A stretch of 64,000 nt of DNA from a virus: the IMG/VR virus record IMGVR_UViG_3300005913_000002. One strand, given 5' to 3'. Positions 39,901-50,900 of the stretch are shown here, piece by piece. Position 1 is the first letter of the stretch. Each line of letters begins with the position of its first letter. Below the pieces are notes generated by a model. The model made no database searches and was not told the DNA's origin. It saw only the letters and a list, made by a program, of their open reading frames with translations. The position numbers and the translations under genes were made by a program.

Positions 39901-42900
39901 CAATCAGAACTGATTTTCAAGTTATCATAGACATATTGGAAAATGGCACTGCTGGCGTAACTGATATTGTAGTTGCAAATGGAATCGATATATTAAATGC
40001 AGATGCACAAAAGGCCTACGATTTATTACAAATTAATAAAAGTTTTATTCAAGCAGAAGCAGTTGCTTATGTAGAAAGTACTAAAGAAAGCGGATTTGAA
40101 TACGATCAAGAAAAATGCCTACGTGATGTAGGATATATGATTGATTCAGTCGCCCACGATACTTTATACGGCGGAAATAGACAGGCGATTCAAAGCGGTG
40201 TATTCTATTACGGATTCTCAAATACTCAAAGTGCGGTCGAAAACGAACAAGCACAAACTTCAGCAGCGTTTAATAAACTAAAAGAAATTATTCCTCTTAT
40301 TATTACTAATGTAGAAATTACTCCTACTATTAATAATACAGCAACTCAGATAACAAATTTAACAAGTTCTACTATTGCAGTTGCAGGTATTACTAATAAT
40401 ATTATAAGTTTAATAACTGATATAATTACAGAAGGACCAGATGTAGCAATTGAAGGATTGCCAATTGGCCAAACACGAACTACTAATATAGATACAGAAG
40501 CAGCCGCAACTATACTTCTTGCAAACAGAGACTTTATTAAATCAGAGACTATTGCATGGGTAGACAAATATTACGGAACAGGTTTTGTTTATGATCAAGC
40601 CAAATGCTACCGTGATACCGGGTTAATTGTTGATGCTATCGCAACTGACTTATTGTATCCTACTGATGAAAAAAGTCAAACTACTTTTGCTGGATTGCAG
40701 TATTGGAACCAAGCAGGGTATATTGGAGACATTTCTAGAGAACTTACTACTACAACTAATGCAATTAAGTATGCAAAAACTGTAGCAGCCGAAGTTGTTC
40801 AAGGAATTACTACAGGTACAAGATACCAAAGCACTGTTACACAAAATGCAGCAAGCACTTTTGCAACTGCTGTTGAAGGAAATATTGTTGCGGCAGATTT
40901 TGATGTGATTATTGACATTTTAGTTGACGGTACTGCCGGTGTAACTGACAAAATCGTTCCAAATGGTGTACAATCTATCGACACTGCAACAATTAATGCA
41001 TACACATTACTTGTTAACAATAAAGAATATATTCAAAGCGAAACTATTGCTTATATTGAAGCAACTAAATTTGATTACGACGAAGAAAAATGTTATAGAG
41101 ATAGTGGTCTAATTGTAGACGCTATTGCATTAGATTTATTATACCCAACTGATACTTACAGTCAGTCAACTTTTGCAGGCCTTCAGTACTGGGATCAGAA
41201 CGGTTACACAGGTAGCATTGCTGGAGAATTAACAACAACTACTAATGCTATTACTTACGTCAGCGCTCTTGCACAATTAATTGTTCAAAATGATGAAAGC
41301 GGCACACGCTACCAGAGTACTGTTACTCAAAATACAAGTTTAGATGCAGCATCGTCGGCTGCTGCGTTAATAATTGATACTGATTTTGCAGTAATCACTG
41401 ATATATTAACTAACGGCACTGATGGAGTAACGGATACTATTGTTCCTAACAATATTGCGGAAAGCACTGTTACTGATGTTATTAATGCTTACAATTTATT
41501 AGTTCTTAACAAAGAATATCTGCAAGCCGAAGCAGTTGCATATGTAGAAAGCACAAAGACTAGTGAGTTCGAATATGATCAAGAGTTATGTTTCCGTGAT
41601 ATTGGATACATAGTTGACTCAGTTGCATTTGATTTACTGCACAGCGGAAATAAACAAGCAGTTCAAAGTGGTGTTTACTACTACAGTTTTAATGCCAACA
41701 GCACAGCAATTCCTAACGAAATTCCACAGACTCTGCAGGCATTTAACTTTATTAAAGAAATATCTCAGCGCATTGTAACAAATACAACTGGAACAAATTA
41801 TCAAAGTACTGTTACTCAAAATACTAGTTTAACTGCTGCAACAAGTTTTGAATCAGAAATTTTAGGAAGAGCAATTAATACTATTACTAATATTATTAGT
41901 GATGGACCTAGCGTAGTAACTGCAAAAACTCCTATTAGTTTAGATGCTAGCGGCGATGTAAACAAACTTCGTGCAGCATTGATACTAGAAATCAATAGAG
42001 ATTATATTCAAGCAGAAACTGTTGCATTTGTAAATCAAACTCAGCGATTTATATACGATCAAGAGTTATGTTTCCGTGATGTCGGATACATGGTTGACTC
42101 AGTTGCGTTTGACTTATTGCATCCTTTACATGACGGTATACCTAGTAATAGACAGGCAATTCAAAGCGGTGTATACTATTACGGTTTTAGTGATACATCA
42201 AGTGCAATTGCAGGAGAAATACCACAAACTACTGCGGCGTATAATTTTATTAAAGGATTATTGCCATACGTTGTAACAGGCGAAAATGCAATTCCTCAGC
42301 AGCCGTTTATTACACAAACTACAAGTACATCAGTGGGTACAAGTAATGAAATTTTAGATGTTCAAAATAGTATTGATACTATTGTAAACATCATTAATAA
42401 CGGTCCTGGAGTTGCAAACGAAAAAGTACCTGTAAGTTTAACAAAAGACACTAGTACAGATGTATATAATGCATATCAATTGCTGGTTGCTAACAGACAG
42501 TTTATACAAGAAGAAACTATTGCTTATATTAATAATAATTTTAAATTTGGAAGTTATCAAAATATTACTGAACAAGTATTTGATTACGATCTTAGTGGCG
42601 GCGAACGAGCATTAACTTCATTGGAAGAAAAATTTGATATTATTGCTGATATTATTAAGGATGGTGCAGACTCAAGTCCAACAATACGTAAGCCTAGACA
42701 GTATGTTGATAGCAACCAAGGTGTATTAAATGCTAGAAGATTATTAGAAAAGAATAGAAACTTTATTCAAGAAGAAGTTGTTGCCTATGTTGATAATTTA
42801 TGGCCTAGCAAGTTTAGTTACGATCCTGTTAAATGTAGTCGTGACACAGGATTAATTGTTGATGCACTTGCTCAAGATATATTATTTGACGGCAACACCC

Positions 42901-45900
42901 AATCGACATTTGCCGGGTTACAGTATTGGAATCAAGATACTGTACTTTTTCCTAGTGAGCAAACAACAACAACTAATGCTGTTCGTTATCTAAAAGATAT
43001 TGCAACAAAGGTAATAACAAATAACACTAGCGGTTACAGATACTCTACTAGTACACAGATTGAAAATACAAGTACTGCAACAATTGCTGTAATTTCTAAT
43101 ATACAGGCAGGATTTGATCTTATAATCGACATCTTAGAAAATGGAACAGCCAGAATTACTGACCGTATTGTTCCGAATAATTTAAATCAAAGTGAAATAT
43201 TGGCTGTTCGTTCTGCATACGAATCATTGCAGTCCAATAAGAGTTCAATACAAACCGAAGTTGTTGAATATATCGATCAAACAAATAATTTTGTTTACGA
43301 TGAGGCAAAATGTTTTCGTGACACTGGGTTAATTGTTGATGCTATTGCATTAGATATGAAGTATCCGACTACTGGCGACAGTCAATCAACATTTGCAGGT
43401 TTACAGTATTGGAATCAAGGCGGATACACTGGGTCAATTGCTAGTGAATTAACCACTACTACAAATGCAATTAATTATCTAAGCGGTCTTGCACAAAAAG
43501 TTATTGTTAATAGTCTAACTGGTACTCGTTATCAATCTACAGTTACTCAAACAACTAGTACAAGTGTAGGTACCGCAGCCGAATCTGCAATTATTGGTAC
43601 TAACTTTACATTTATTACTGATATTTTAACAACAGGCACAACAGGAATTACTGATTTAATTGTTCCAAATGGCAGACCAAGTCTAAATGCTAATGTTTCT
43701 AATGCATACAATTTGCTAATTGAAAACAAAGAATATTTACAAGCAGAAGTAGTTGCATATGTAGAAAGCACTAAAGAGGAAGGATTTGAATACAATCAAG
43801 ATAAATGTTTCCGTGATGTAGGATACATGGTAGATAGTGTTGCATTTGATCTAGTACATGGAGGAAATAAACAAAGTATACAAAGTGGTTTTTATTATTA
43901 CGGATACGATTCAACAAGCACAGCAATTGTTAACGAAATACCTCAAACAACTGCTGCTTACAATAGAATTAAAGAAATTATACCGTTTATTGTTCAGAAC
44001 GAAATTGTATCTGTAAGTCAAGGCAACACAGCAACGCAGGTAACATATATGTTACCTGCTACTATAACACAGGTAGGCGTACTACAAACTAAAATTGATA
44101 GAATTACTGAAATAATTAACAATGGTCCAAGTGCTGCTCCTGAATTAGAACCAATAAGTTTAACTGCTGATACTGATCCGTTAGTAGATCGTGCATATGA
44201 TATTTTAGTTGCAAACAGAGATTTTATTAAAGCAGAAATAGTTGCATATGTTAATCAACAATTTACTGGATTTGAATATGATAGAGAAAAATGTTTCCGT
44301 GATGTAGGTTACATGTTAGATTCTGTAAGTTTTGATCTGTTGTATAGTGGTAACAGGCAGGCTGTGCAAAGTGGTGTTTATTATTACGGATACGATTCAA
44401 CAAGCACAGCAATACCAAAAGAAATTCCTCAAACAACTGCTGCTTACAATTTCATTGAAAGAATTGTGGGAGATATTGTAACTGGTACATTAATAACAAC
44501 TCCACAACAATATACTGTTGTTCAAGTTGTTAGCGATGATGTAGCAAGCGAAGATGAAGCACAAATGATTCGTGACAATGTAAACTTTATTAATTCAATT
44601 ATAGAATTTGGTCCAGATCAAGTTACGGTTAAGGAACCAATTAGTATTACAGAAACACAAGACGTAAAAATGCGAAATGCTGCATATTTGTTAAATGCTA
44701 ACAGAGAATTTATTCGTGCAGAAACAATTGCATTTATTAATAACACATATCAAACTGGTTTCTTATATGATAAAACTAAGTGCCAACGTGATACTGGATT
44801 AATTGTTGATAGCATTGCATTTGACTTATTGCACGACGGTGTGACTGAAAGTACATTTGCCGGATTGCAATATTGGAATCAAGATACATATGTTGGGTCA
44901 GTAAGAGGCGAAATTACAACAACTACAAATTCTATCCGTTACATTAAAGAATTAGTAGCAGATGTAATTGTTAACAATGAAATTAGTTCAACTGTTGGTA
45001 ATACTGCTACTCAAAATACAAGTTTACCTGCAACTACCGTTGGTATTGCAACGTTAGTAACAGGCAATGTTGATATTATTTTAAATATTTTAGCAAATGG
45101 CACGGCAGGAGTAACAGATATTATTGTTCCTGATAGTACTTCTTCTAATAGAGAAGATATTAATCGTGGATATAACTTATTAATGGCAAATAAAGAATTT
45201 ATCCAAGATGAAGTAATTGCCAGAATTGATTATGACAACACTGAATTTGATTATGATAGAACAGTTTGCCGCCGAGATATAGGATACATTGTTGATAGTC
45301 TAGCATTTGACTTGTTGCACGAAGGCAATAGACAAAGTGTAACAAGCGGAGTTTACTATTATGGATTTGATGCAGCCGACACCGTAATCGATAATCAAGT
45401 TTCTCAAACAACTGCTGCGTATGATAGAATTAAAGATATTGTAGGAAGTATTGTTAAAGCAGAAGCAGTTAATCAAACATATCAATATAAAGTTAAACAA
45501 GTATTGAGTACGAATACTGCTACTGATTCAGAAGTAGTTGTTTTACAAGAAAAAATTGACATCATTACTGACATTATTAACAACGGTCCAGAACAAGCAG
45601 GAGCACAAACTCCAATCGATCATGTTGCAAGTACAAGTACTTCAGTTATTAATGCATTTGATTTATTAATTGCAAATAAAAACTTTATTAAAGCAGAAGT
45701 TGTTGCATATATTGATGCGAAATATACTGATACTCCTAATTATGACAGAGATAAGTGTTATAGAGATGTAGGCGCTATTATTGATGCAGTAGGTTACGAT
45801 GTTGCTTATGGCGGTAATTATAATTCAGTTAATACAGGTAACGGTTATTTTAATAGAAAAGGTCAGTATCATATTGTTCGATTAGAACAAAACGTTACTG

Positions 45901-46226
45901 ATCCTACATTGTTTATTGATGGTGCTACTGTAAGATTTTATCAGCAGAGTTATATTTCCGCAAGTGGATATTTGTTTGAGTATGTTGGTGCCGGTACACA
46001 GTACGGAGCGTTACCACAAGTTGGTAAGGCTGATCCTGTACAAGAGAGAGAAGTAGTTCAGTTAAATAATGGTAAGGTGTTCTTTACATCAACAGACCAA
46101 AACGGAGACTTTAGAATTGGCCCAACGCTGGTTATTAGTCAAAGCACTGGTGTGTTGGCAGGTCGTACATTCGAGAAGAGTTTGTATGCTACAATGACAC
46201 CGTTTATCTTAGTGGTAGGAGCATAA
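36981..46226 (+). CDS. Giant virion protein (3081 aa), paralog of 29942..36544, with 14 phycobiliprotein/globin-like repeat domains
   Basis: Same scaffold motifs as its paralog; 14 copies of Y(D/N)xxxCxRDxG. Confidence 0.75.
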   Translation: MPRLLSNRRPVLRPEDLKEDRWDYLNLENAQPALGVAPTANEGYTLQTDEDGKVTWTNTLGRLAFEDQTITATENGTDITISGIDTESEIILSPFQRLQINGDAVVTGDFTVEGNPLGTYPIVPQTLYVTPDGDDRNDGSALDASRACRTISGAVRSPLYIPGTSIKVAAGAYFEDNPIPLKPYTSVVGNDLRTTFIEPLNKDLDLFHVNSGVYIAQMQMRNLRRGEVERYAPGGAGTYTTGAYAVAFPPSLDNPIDLYHSPYIQNCTNQSGPWLKDGTMFVPNQTVQIPLGAGTSTWVANQSTITVTLYTGTVAVGMAVNDEANEGYRNAQLLLQRNKTFLQSQVVAWINNEYPGLDYNQDSCYRDVGFIIDAVSGDARFGGNKRSIEAGLAYWSGVTTLIPGEINETANAIQYLKSISADVVINNATSVTLYSTSTNQVIDLNLDKGSVVQTRIATSYDLISTIVTNGEIAVPNTVDDLVGLIYPTGLSPNEVNVASTVTSVNMIAQNTYEVMLSRPTVAASDDARIYFGYTTTYPYLDAEVPPEWQVDDGEQYAIRTLDPTGAGGGALVDGNAPSERSPIQSFVFDAFTQLNQGGNGIHIINNGYAQLVSVFTIFCSNAVIVENGGIASITNSNSNFGDTCLTAKGLGKLASQGFVRNPAYPTNVPNGEYYPLGFWPNSQQMEVFLPNDLDRPHIGQVMEVVPPDTYIDFAGNRVPYVNEVGYPGYLVSTSNTGSITTSSYIISGIDVTNIAVGHTLYIRDVYGSEVHPETGEPYVTTGTQVVDVQFKTVVLDRPILNGYTDTNFNYFNLYFAGNAYYTVLSSTIDSALSSTVSNQVTLVPGQETTTSLAVSYAKDIALRVIQNVPITGFVYDKVKCARDTGIIVDTVVADLMFSGTGPFTQANFSGLQYWNQDGYVGDIANELTTTTNAIKYVKELAYNVVLGNTTSTPYQSTVTQNLSLPVATGTEASAIRTDFQVIIDILENGTAGVTDIVVANGIDILNADAQKAYDLLQINKSFIQAEAVAYVESTKESGFEYDQEKCLRDVGYMIDSVAHDTLYGGNRQAIQSGVFYYGFSNTQSAVENEQAQTSAAFNKLKEIIPLIITNVEITPTINNTATQITNLTSSTIAVAGITNNIISLITDIITEGPDVAIEGLPIGQTRTTNIDTEAAATILLANRDFIKSETIAWVDKYYGTGFVYDQAKCYRDTGLIVDAIATDLLYPTDEKSQTTFAGLQYWNQAGYIGDISRELTTTTNAIKYAKTVAAEVVQGITTGTRYQSTVTQNAASTFATAVEGNIVAADFDVIIDILVDGTAGVTDKIVPNGVQSIDTATINAYTLLVNNKEYIQSETIAYIEATKFDYDEEKCYRDSGLIVDAIALDLLYPTDTYSQSTFAGLQYWDQNGYTGSIAGELTTTTNAITYVSALAQLIVQNDESGTRYQSTVTQNTSLDAASSAAALIIDTDFAVITDILTNGTDGVTDTIVPNNIAESTVTDVINAYNLLVLNKEYLQAEAVAYVESTKTSEFEYDQELCFRDIGYIVDSVAFDLLHSGNKQAVQSGVYYYSFNANSTAIPNEIPQTLQAFNFIKEISQRIVTNTTGTNYQSTVTQNTSLTAATSFESEILGRAINTITNIISDGPSVVTAKTPISLDASGDVNKLRAALILEINRDYIQAETVAFVNQTQRFIYDQELCFRDVGYMVDSVAFDLLHPLHDGIPSNRQAIQSGVYYYGFSDTSSAIAGEIPQTTAAYNFIKGLLPYVVTGENAIPQQPFITQTTSTSVGTSNEILDVQNSIDTIVNIINNGPGVANEKVPVSLTKDTSTDVYNAYQLLVANRQFIQEETIAYINNNFKFGSYQNITEQVFDYDLSGGERALTSLEEKFDIIADIIKDGADSSPTIRKPRQYVDSNQGVLNARRLLEKNRNFIQEEVVAYVDNLWPSKFSYDPVKCSRDTGLIVDALAQDILFDGNTQSTFAGLQYWNQDTVLFPSEQTTTTNAVRYLKDIATKVITNNTSGYRYSTSTQIENTSTATIAVISNIQAGFDLIIDILENGTARITDRIVPNNLNQSEILAVRSAYESLQSNKSSIQTEVVEYIDQTNNFVYDEAKCFRDTGLIVDAIALDMKYPTTGDSQSTFAGLQYWNQGGYTGSIASELTTTTNAINYLSGLAQKVIVNSLTGTRYQSTVTQTTSTSVGTAAESAIIGTNFTFITDILTTGTTGITDLIVPNGRPSLNANVSNAYNLLIENKEYLQAEVVAYVESTKEEGFEYNQDKCFRDVGYMVDSVAFDLVHGGNKQSIQSGFYYYGYDSTSTAIVNEIPQTTAAYNRIKEIIPFIVQNEIVSVSQGNTATQVTYMLPATITQVGVLQTKIDRITEIINNGPSAAPELEPISLTADTDPLVDRAYDILVANRDFIKAEIVAYVNQQFTGFEYDREKCFRDVGYMLDSVSFDLLYSGNRQAVQSGVYYYGYDSTSTAIPKEIPQTTAAYNFIERIVGDIVTGTLITTPQQYTVVQVVSDDVASEDEAQMIRDNVNFINSIIEFGPDQVTVKEPISITETQDVKMRNAAYLLNANREFIRAETIAFINNTYQTGFLYDKTKCQRDTGLIVDSIAFDLLHDGVTESTFAGLQYWNQDTYVGSVRGEITTTTNSIRYIKELVADVIVNNEISSTVGNTATQNTSLPATTVGIATLVTGNVDIILNILANGTAGVTDIIVPDSTSSNREDINRGYNLLMANKEFIQDEVIARIDYDNTEFDYDRTVCRRDIGYIVDSLAFDLLHEGNRQSVTSGVYYYGFDAADTVIDNQVSQTTAAYDRIKDIVGSIVKAEAVNQTYQYKVKQVLSTNTATDSEVVVLQEKIDIITDIINNGPEQAGAQTPIDHVASTSTSVINAFDLLIANKNFIKAEVVAYIDAKYTDTPNYDRDKCYRDVGAIIDAVGYDVAYGGNYNSVNTGNGYFNRKGQYHIVRLEQNVTDPTLFIDGATVRFYQQSYISASGYLFEYVGAGTQYGALPQVGKADPVQEREVVQLNNGKVFFTSTDQNGDFRIGPTLVISQSTGVLAGRTFEKSLYATMTPFILVVGA

Positions 46227-46227
46227 C

Positions 46228-47943
46228 GTGGCAGCATTATTAAGTGGAAGAGTTAAAAACCCAACGTCAACTGATGGATTCATCGGTCTAAGCGAAACAC
46301 AAGTAGCGTTGGGTAATACTCCCAGAGATGATACTGGTTATGCTATCATTACAATAAACAATATTGCCACTTATACAAACAAGTTACAACAACTTCAATT
46401 TGCTACAGACAATTCTACTGAAACTAGAATAACTAGTCAATTACCTGACGGTAATATAATAATTGAAACTACCGGAACTGGCACTATCTACTTGTTAGGT
46501 AATGTTAGTATTCCAATATTAGATGCTCAAACTGCATTTAAAGGGCCTGTTCAAGCAGCAACTATTGAAGATGTAGACCTTATTGGCGGTGCTCCTTCTA
46601 CAGTTGATGGAGTTGATCTCGAGTTAGAAAATAGAATATTAGTTAGAGCACAAACTGATCCGGCTCAGAATGGTATATACATTGTAAGTTTTGTAGGATC
46701 AGGAGCAAACGGCACTTGGTCAAGAGCGTCTGATAATAATACGGCTGACAAAATGGCATCTGCTATTGTTAGTGTGCAAGGTGGAGATACATTATCAGGA
46801 AGGTATTTTTATACAGATTTTTTACCCAATCAAGAACTCGATGTTGATCCTGTTGCATGGTATCAATTGATTGCTGATTTTAAAGATCAATTTATAGAAA
46901 ACAAAAATATTGACAACTCATCAATTGGATTTTTTAATCCAGGTTATGGTGGATTTAACGATCTCAGAGCAGTTAGTACAACTACATCAACTGGCACAGA
47001 TAGTGGCGCATTATTAGTATACGGCGGAGCAGGCATCGGCGGCGACGTTAATATTGACGGACTTACAAAAGTTTGGAATTCGACAAGTGCAACTTCTACC
47101 TTTACAGGTGCTATGCAAATAGCAGGAGGTTTAGGTGTTAACGGCGCAATTTATGCTCGATCAATATATGTTGACGGAGTACCACTAGATGAACCTTTTT
47201 GGAATGGTGGACAAATAACTAGTCCGTTCTATGTGGCTAACATCGAAGGCGCAACAAGCACCATGACAGGTGCATTAAAAGTACTCGGCGGCGCAGGCAT
47301 AGGCGGTGCATTGTATGTAGGCGAAAGTATTACATTAGAAAGTCCTAATCAAGTTGATAGTGTTTACTTTCGTATGCGAAATACTGCAACTAACGGACAA
47401 AGTTACACATGGAGAGTAGGCGGAAATAACTTTGCAGGCCAAAGTGGTGCCAACTTAAATGAAGGCGGTCTAACTTTATATAATGACACAAACAATACAT
47501 ACCGTTTAGCAATAACAAAAGGTACAGGAAACCTGCTTGTAGGTGCTCAAACAGACAACGGAACAGACAAATTACAAGTGTCCGGTAGTGTCCGATTCGG
47601 AGACGGTCAACTGTTTACTCGTAGTACCAGCATAAATAACACTAGTACTACAGTTATAGACAGTTTTCCTGCCGCAACTTACAGAACTGCAAAGTTATTA
47701 GTGCAAGTTGCTGACGGAATTGGGTCCGGAGCCAAGTTCCATGTAGTTGAGATCGTAACTTTACTTGATAATGACGGAAACGTTTACAAGTCAGAATACG
47801 GTATTATTACAACAGGAGGGTCGTCGGGAGAGTTTGCAGTAGATTATAATGTAGGTGGTAACGGATTAGTTAGACTATTATTCACAGCAGACCAAACAAC
47901 GGCAAAATTGGTAAAAGTCTTAAGGACAGCAATAAGCAGGTAA
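46228..47943 (+). CDS. Tail fibre-type protein
   Basis: GTG start. DGV.L...RILV.AQTDPAQNGIY...W.RA.D fibre domain, STxTGALxVxGGxGI repeats, C-terminal IDSF.A.TYRTAK.LVQ domain. Confidence 0.7.
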   Translation: MAALLSGRVKNPTSTDGFIGLSETQVALGNTPRDDTGYAIITINNIATYTNKLQQLQFATDNSTETRITSQLPDGNIIIETTGTGTIYLLGNVSIPILDAQTAFKGPVQAATIEDVDLIGGAPSTVDGVDLELENRILVRAQTDPAQNGIYIVSFVGSGANGTWSRASDNNTADKMASAIVSVQGGDTLSGRYFYTDFLPNQELDVDPVAWYQLIADFKDQFIENKNIDNSSIGFFNPGYGGFNDLRAVSTTTSTGTDSGALLVYGGAGIGGDVNIDGLTKVWNSTSATSTFTGAMQIAGGLGVNGAIYARSIYVDGVPLDEPFWNGGQITSPFYVANIEGATSTMTGALKVLGGAGIGGALYVGESITLESPNQVDSVYFRMRNTATNGQSYTWRVGGNNFAGQSGANLNEGGLTLYNDTNNTYRLAITKGTGNLLVGAQTDNGTDKLQVSGSVRFGDGQLFTRSTSINNTSTTVIDSFPAATYRTAKLLVQVADGIGSGAKFHVVEIVTLLDNDGNVYKSEYGIITTGGSSGEFAVDYNVGGNGLVRLLFTADQTTAKLVKVLRTAISR

Positions 47944-47961
47944 AATGTTAAGGATTAAGAA

Positions 47962-50900
47962 ATGGCAAACATAAAAGATTTCGTCGTAAAACAAGGCATA
48001 GTTGCAGAAGGGACCGCAGCGTCCAATAACACTGCAACTGGTGCATTACTTGTAGGCGGCGGAGCGGGTATAGGCGGTAACGTCAACATTGGTGGTTATA
48101 TTAAAAGGCAGGGAGATGTAACTAGCGATACACACAGTCTAGGTGCGCAATTATCTTTTAGAGATGCGGTATTCACTGATAGTTTAGTAACAGGCAGATC
48201 AGCCTGGGGTATTGTAAACTATTTTGGCAATCCACAATTAGATACAATCAGTGAAGATGCAACATACACTAACGCTACTAACATCTTTATTAAAGGTCCT
48301 GCTCAAGCAGTTGCTGGCGGCAATTTAACAATTGAAAAGTCTTGGGCATTATATGCTAGTTCAGGTAGTTTTTATATTGGTGAAACAAGTGGCAGTACAA
48401 GTACTGCGGCTGGCCAAGCATTACAGATAGCAGGCGGTGTTAGTTTTGGCAACGGAATTTACGGCGCAGGTGGCGGAAGTCTATTCGGTTACTACGAAAT
48501 TGATGGTAGCCAAGTTTTAACAAAGGCAACACAAAACGTAGGTCTTGCAGAATTTCCAGACGGCATTTTAATATCAACTTCTACGCAAGCAGTTAGCACA
48601 GCAACAGGAGCATTAGTTCTTTCAAACGGCGGCGGCATTGGCGTTGCAGGCAATGTATATGTAGGTGGATACTTAGCAGTATTAACAACTGCAACAATTT
48701 TAGGCACAGAAAATGCATCCAGCACATCAACTGGAGCGTTAAGACTCGAAGGCGGTCTAGGCATAGGGCAAGATCTGTTTGCACAAAACGGCGTCTTTGT
48801 TTCTGGAAATTCAAATACTAGCACGGTCGGCGGCAACAGTGTTCAAATTACTAGTGGTGGCGGCCTAGGTGTTAGCGGGTCTGCATTAATTCAAGGTCTA
48901 GTATACTTAGAAAACACTACAGACTCAGATGCTGTTGACACAGGTGCATTGGTTGTACGAGGCGGTGTTGGAATTGAACAAAATTTAACAGTTAATACTG
49001 TTGATATTGTAGGTACAACCTTAGCAACTGATGAAAGTTCAGGTGCATTAACAGTTGCAGGCGGCGTAGGAATTGCTGGTAATTTAGTAATTGGTGCTAC
49101 TGACAGTTCTACTGGAACTACTGCATCAAATGCATTAGTTGTAGCAGGCGGCGGATACTTTGGCGGCGATTTGTCAGTTAAAGGAACAACAGTAATTGAA
49201 GGAGACCTATTACTATTAGGTATAGGTACACAAGTCACAATTAATTCAACAAATACTTACATTGTTGATCCGTTAGTCGAAATTGGCGGCGGTATAGATG
49301 GTTCTATGCTAACTGTTCCAGATGTATATGACAAAGGTTTATTAATACATTATCAAAATGCAGCAAGTACAGTAACAGATTGGCGTGCATTTATTGGTCT
49401 AGAAAACACTACTGAACGCTTTATCTTTAAAACAGATATTGATCCTAGCGTAGAAGGTGAAGATCCCTTTGGCGATTATTATAACAGCGGTACCTGGAGT
49501 ACATTAGAAGCAGGTAGTTTAGTTTTAAGAAATGATTTAACAGTTAACGGAACAGCAAATGTTACCGGATCTGCTGAGTTTGAAAATACTGTAACATTTA
49601 CTAGTGCAGCATTTTCATCGACACAAATTTTAGATAATGCGTTACAAGTTCCAAATGGCGGCATTGGCGCAAGATATTTGTACATTGAAGAATCTGGTTT
49701 TATTAAAAATGCTGAAATTCTAACAACTGGTACAATTAACAATAACATCGGCGGATTGTTTACTAATACTTTCCAGTTTGCTAACTTAACTGAGGCAAAC
49801 AGTACTGACACCGGCGCAGTAACAGTTGGTGGCGGCGTTGGTATTGGTGGTAATTTATATGTTGGCGGCAATCAAGTACTGTACGGAACATTATCTATTA
49901 CAGATGAAACACAATCTGTAGACAGTAGTACAGGAGCATTAACTGTTCTTGGTGGTGTTGGCGTTGGTAAGAATCTAAATGTAGGCGGAACTGTTGCAAT
50001 TACAGACGCAACTAACAGTACCGGTACTGATAATGGTGCGTTGACTGTGGCAGGCGGCGCCGGCATTGCAGGTGATGTATATGTCGGCGGCTTTATTGTA
50101 GCAACTAACACTGTAACTGTTTATCAATTAATTGTCACAAGCGAAGAAGATAGCACAGCAACAGATAATGGTGCTGTAACTATTGCAGGCGGCATAGGTG
50201 TTGGCAAAACTATAAATGCAGATAGAATTAATGTTCAAACTGCTAGTATTAACAGCGGAACAAGTTCTACTTCAACTAATACAGGTGATTTAGTAGTTAC
50301 TGGTGGTGCAGGTATCGGTGAAAACTTACATGTAGGAAATAATCTACAAGTTTACTCAACATTAACATCAATAAGCACTAATACAGGTGCATTAGTAGTC
50401 GAAGGCGGTGCCGGCATCGGTAAAGATGTCTACATTGGTGGTAAAATTACTAGAAACGGTGAAGTTACTGTAAGCCAATTAAACTTGGGCGGTGCAGCAC
50501 TAGCAATTTCGACCTCTACATATATAGACGAACTGTCAAGCGGCACACCTAGCAGTTTAGCAATTAATAGTTTTGGTCGTCCTACAATTGTAGGAACATT
50601 AAATCCAACATGGGGCGATGCTTCTACATTATATATCGATAATGCTCCGCAATTTACAGGTGGAGCCGATGCTACACGCAAGTGGGCCGCATTCGTTAAT
50701 CAGGGTGCAGTAAAAATTGCAACTGGCACAGTTAACAACGGTACTACAAATAGTGGTGCATTACAAGTTGTTGGTGGTGTTGGCGTTGGCGGTTCACTAA
50801 CCGTTGGTGGAAAAGTTAAAGCAAACACTGTTGAAGTTGGATCTAACTTAATTAGTTCTCCGGGAATTACAGGTAAGAGCGATGCAACTGCTGCAACTAT

